A stretch of 63,507 nt of DNA, counting the filler, from Octopus bimaculoides (lineage: Eukaryota): the NCBI RefSeq assembly GCF_001194135.2. It is 8 parts of 8 records of this genome, joined end to end, with 100 filler letters (N's around TTAATTAATTAA, not from the genome) between each part and the next. Parts side by side here need not be neighbours in the genome. Positions count along the whole stretch, not along the records: positions 62,331 to 63,507 come from NC_068987.1; 7 more parts are not named here. One strand, written 5' to 3'. Positions 62,365 through 63,507 of this stretch are shown in pieces (positions within the stretch are counted from its first letter, which is position 1; every line of letters starts with the position of its first letter). Below the pieces are notes generated by a model. That model worked only from the letters and a program-made list of their open reading frames with translations. It was not told the origin of the DNA and searched no databases. The translations under genes were made by a program, and so were the position numbers.

Positions 62365-62854
62365 CCAATCCCTTATTTGTACTCAAAACCGGACTGTTTC
62401 AATTTTATCCCTTTGTAAGTGCGTTTGCATCGTTTTGTTCTTGTTGCTCTTGTTGCAGTTATTTTGTTTTGTCATATTTTTATAGGAGTGCCTTCTATTT
62501 GTTTGGAACTGCAAATTTCTTTACTCCACCACCAATGTTTAAAGACAAGCATAACCTCATCTTTAAGATAAATTAAATGAGATTGGCGTTGGATACTTAC
62601 TCTTTGTGGATTTCGTCACTGTTTACAGTTATCTTTAAGTCTTTTTTTTTTCAATGTATCATATAGATGTAATTTTTGACGCTGCACCCGAATTTTTTAT
62701 TCATTTATTCTAGAAAATTTTCGCAAACATGTTATAAGTGTTCAATGTTTGATAATTTTCAGAATTTTCAGTCAGACAGTAAAAAACAGCGCGTTCGCTG
62801 TCTCTTCCATCACCAGGAGTGGGGGCATCGGCATGTCAAAGCATTAAACTAGTT

Positions 62855-63030
62855 ACGCGAGCAAATTAAATATTTAAAAGCTACGAACAGACCAACAGGA
62901 GTTGGTAGAAATAACAGTCGAATCATTAAAATATACGCGAGCAAAGTTAATATTAAATCATACGCGATCAAATTGAATATTTAAAAGCTTCGGGCAAGCC
63001 AACAGGAGTTGCAAGAAATAACAGTCAAAA
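62855..63030. repeat. diverged direct duplication of a ~70-bp unit
   Basis: TACGCGA(G/T)CAAATT..ATATTTAAAAGCT..CCAACAGGAGTTG..AGAAATAACAGTC occurs twice. Confidence 0.75.
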
Positions 63031-63467
63031 CTTTGGTTAAAACAGACATTTATTAGTTAAAAGTTTAAAGAAGGAAAGTTTGAAATACACTCTAAGATTT
63101 TATAAAATAAATAATCTTTCTCGTATCTCCTTCTCCACATAAATTCACAGATATGCCCAGGTACTTTCAATTTGTTGAATGTGAGTCCCATCTGTTATGA
63201 AAATAAACACATATTGGACAAGTGGAGTTTACACTTCCTGTGCGCATGCGCAGCATCTTTGGCTACTATGTGGTTGGGAAGGAAGCTACTTTCCATACAC
63301 CACTGCTGAGCCTGTACATATTCCTTTCCTGAGCCGTTGTCTCCATCATCATGCCATACATCGTGGTCTCCGCAGGAAGTTTCACATCACCGCTACTCGT
63401 TTCTCTTAATAATATATTCCTCTATACACAATCATACAGAACCCCTTTTTTTGTATTTATTTTTACG

Positions 63468-63507
<40 letters not shown>

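Overview
AT-rich, microsatellite-saturated eukaryotic genomic DNA from a gapped draft assembly (many N runs, seven with a 12-nt TTAATTAATTAA linker). The SINE families look octopus-type, so a cephalopod, probably Octopus, is likely (recognition from memory, not a database result). No host protein-coding gene can be confidently supported; the window looks intronic or intergenic. It is a transposon graveyard. It holds four decayed mariners, a mariner MITE fragment, a TRT(DD37E)-like Tc1 with ~158-bp TIRs, a fold-back MITE built from two 3' ends of a rosa/DD41D-like element and a MULE pseudogene. It also holds several RTE-group LINE fragments (two with inversions), three R4/Dong-like RLE retroelement ends in (TAA)n or (ATAC)n microsatellites, Penelope RT/GIY-YIG remnants, many tRNA-headed SINEs and at least eight long inverted repeats. 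The best leads are: an (ATAC)n-targeting RLE retroelement stacked into its own tail; degenerate Penelope-type minimal hammerhead ribozyme motifs, one pair in a fold-back; SINEs showing all four core x tail module combinations; and an RTE insertion with twin-priming geometry and a TSD. A few exon and enhancer candidates are low confidence. Most ORF-track entries are microsatellite or N-gap artefacts.
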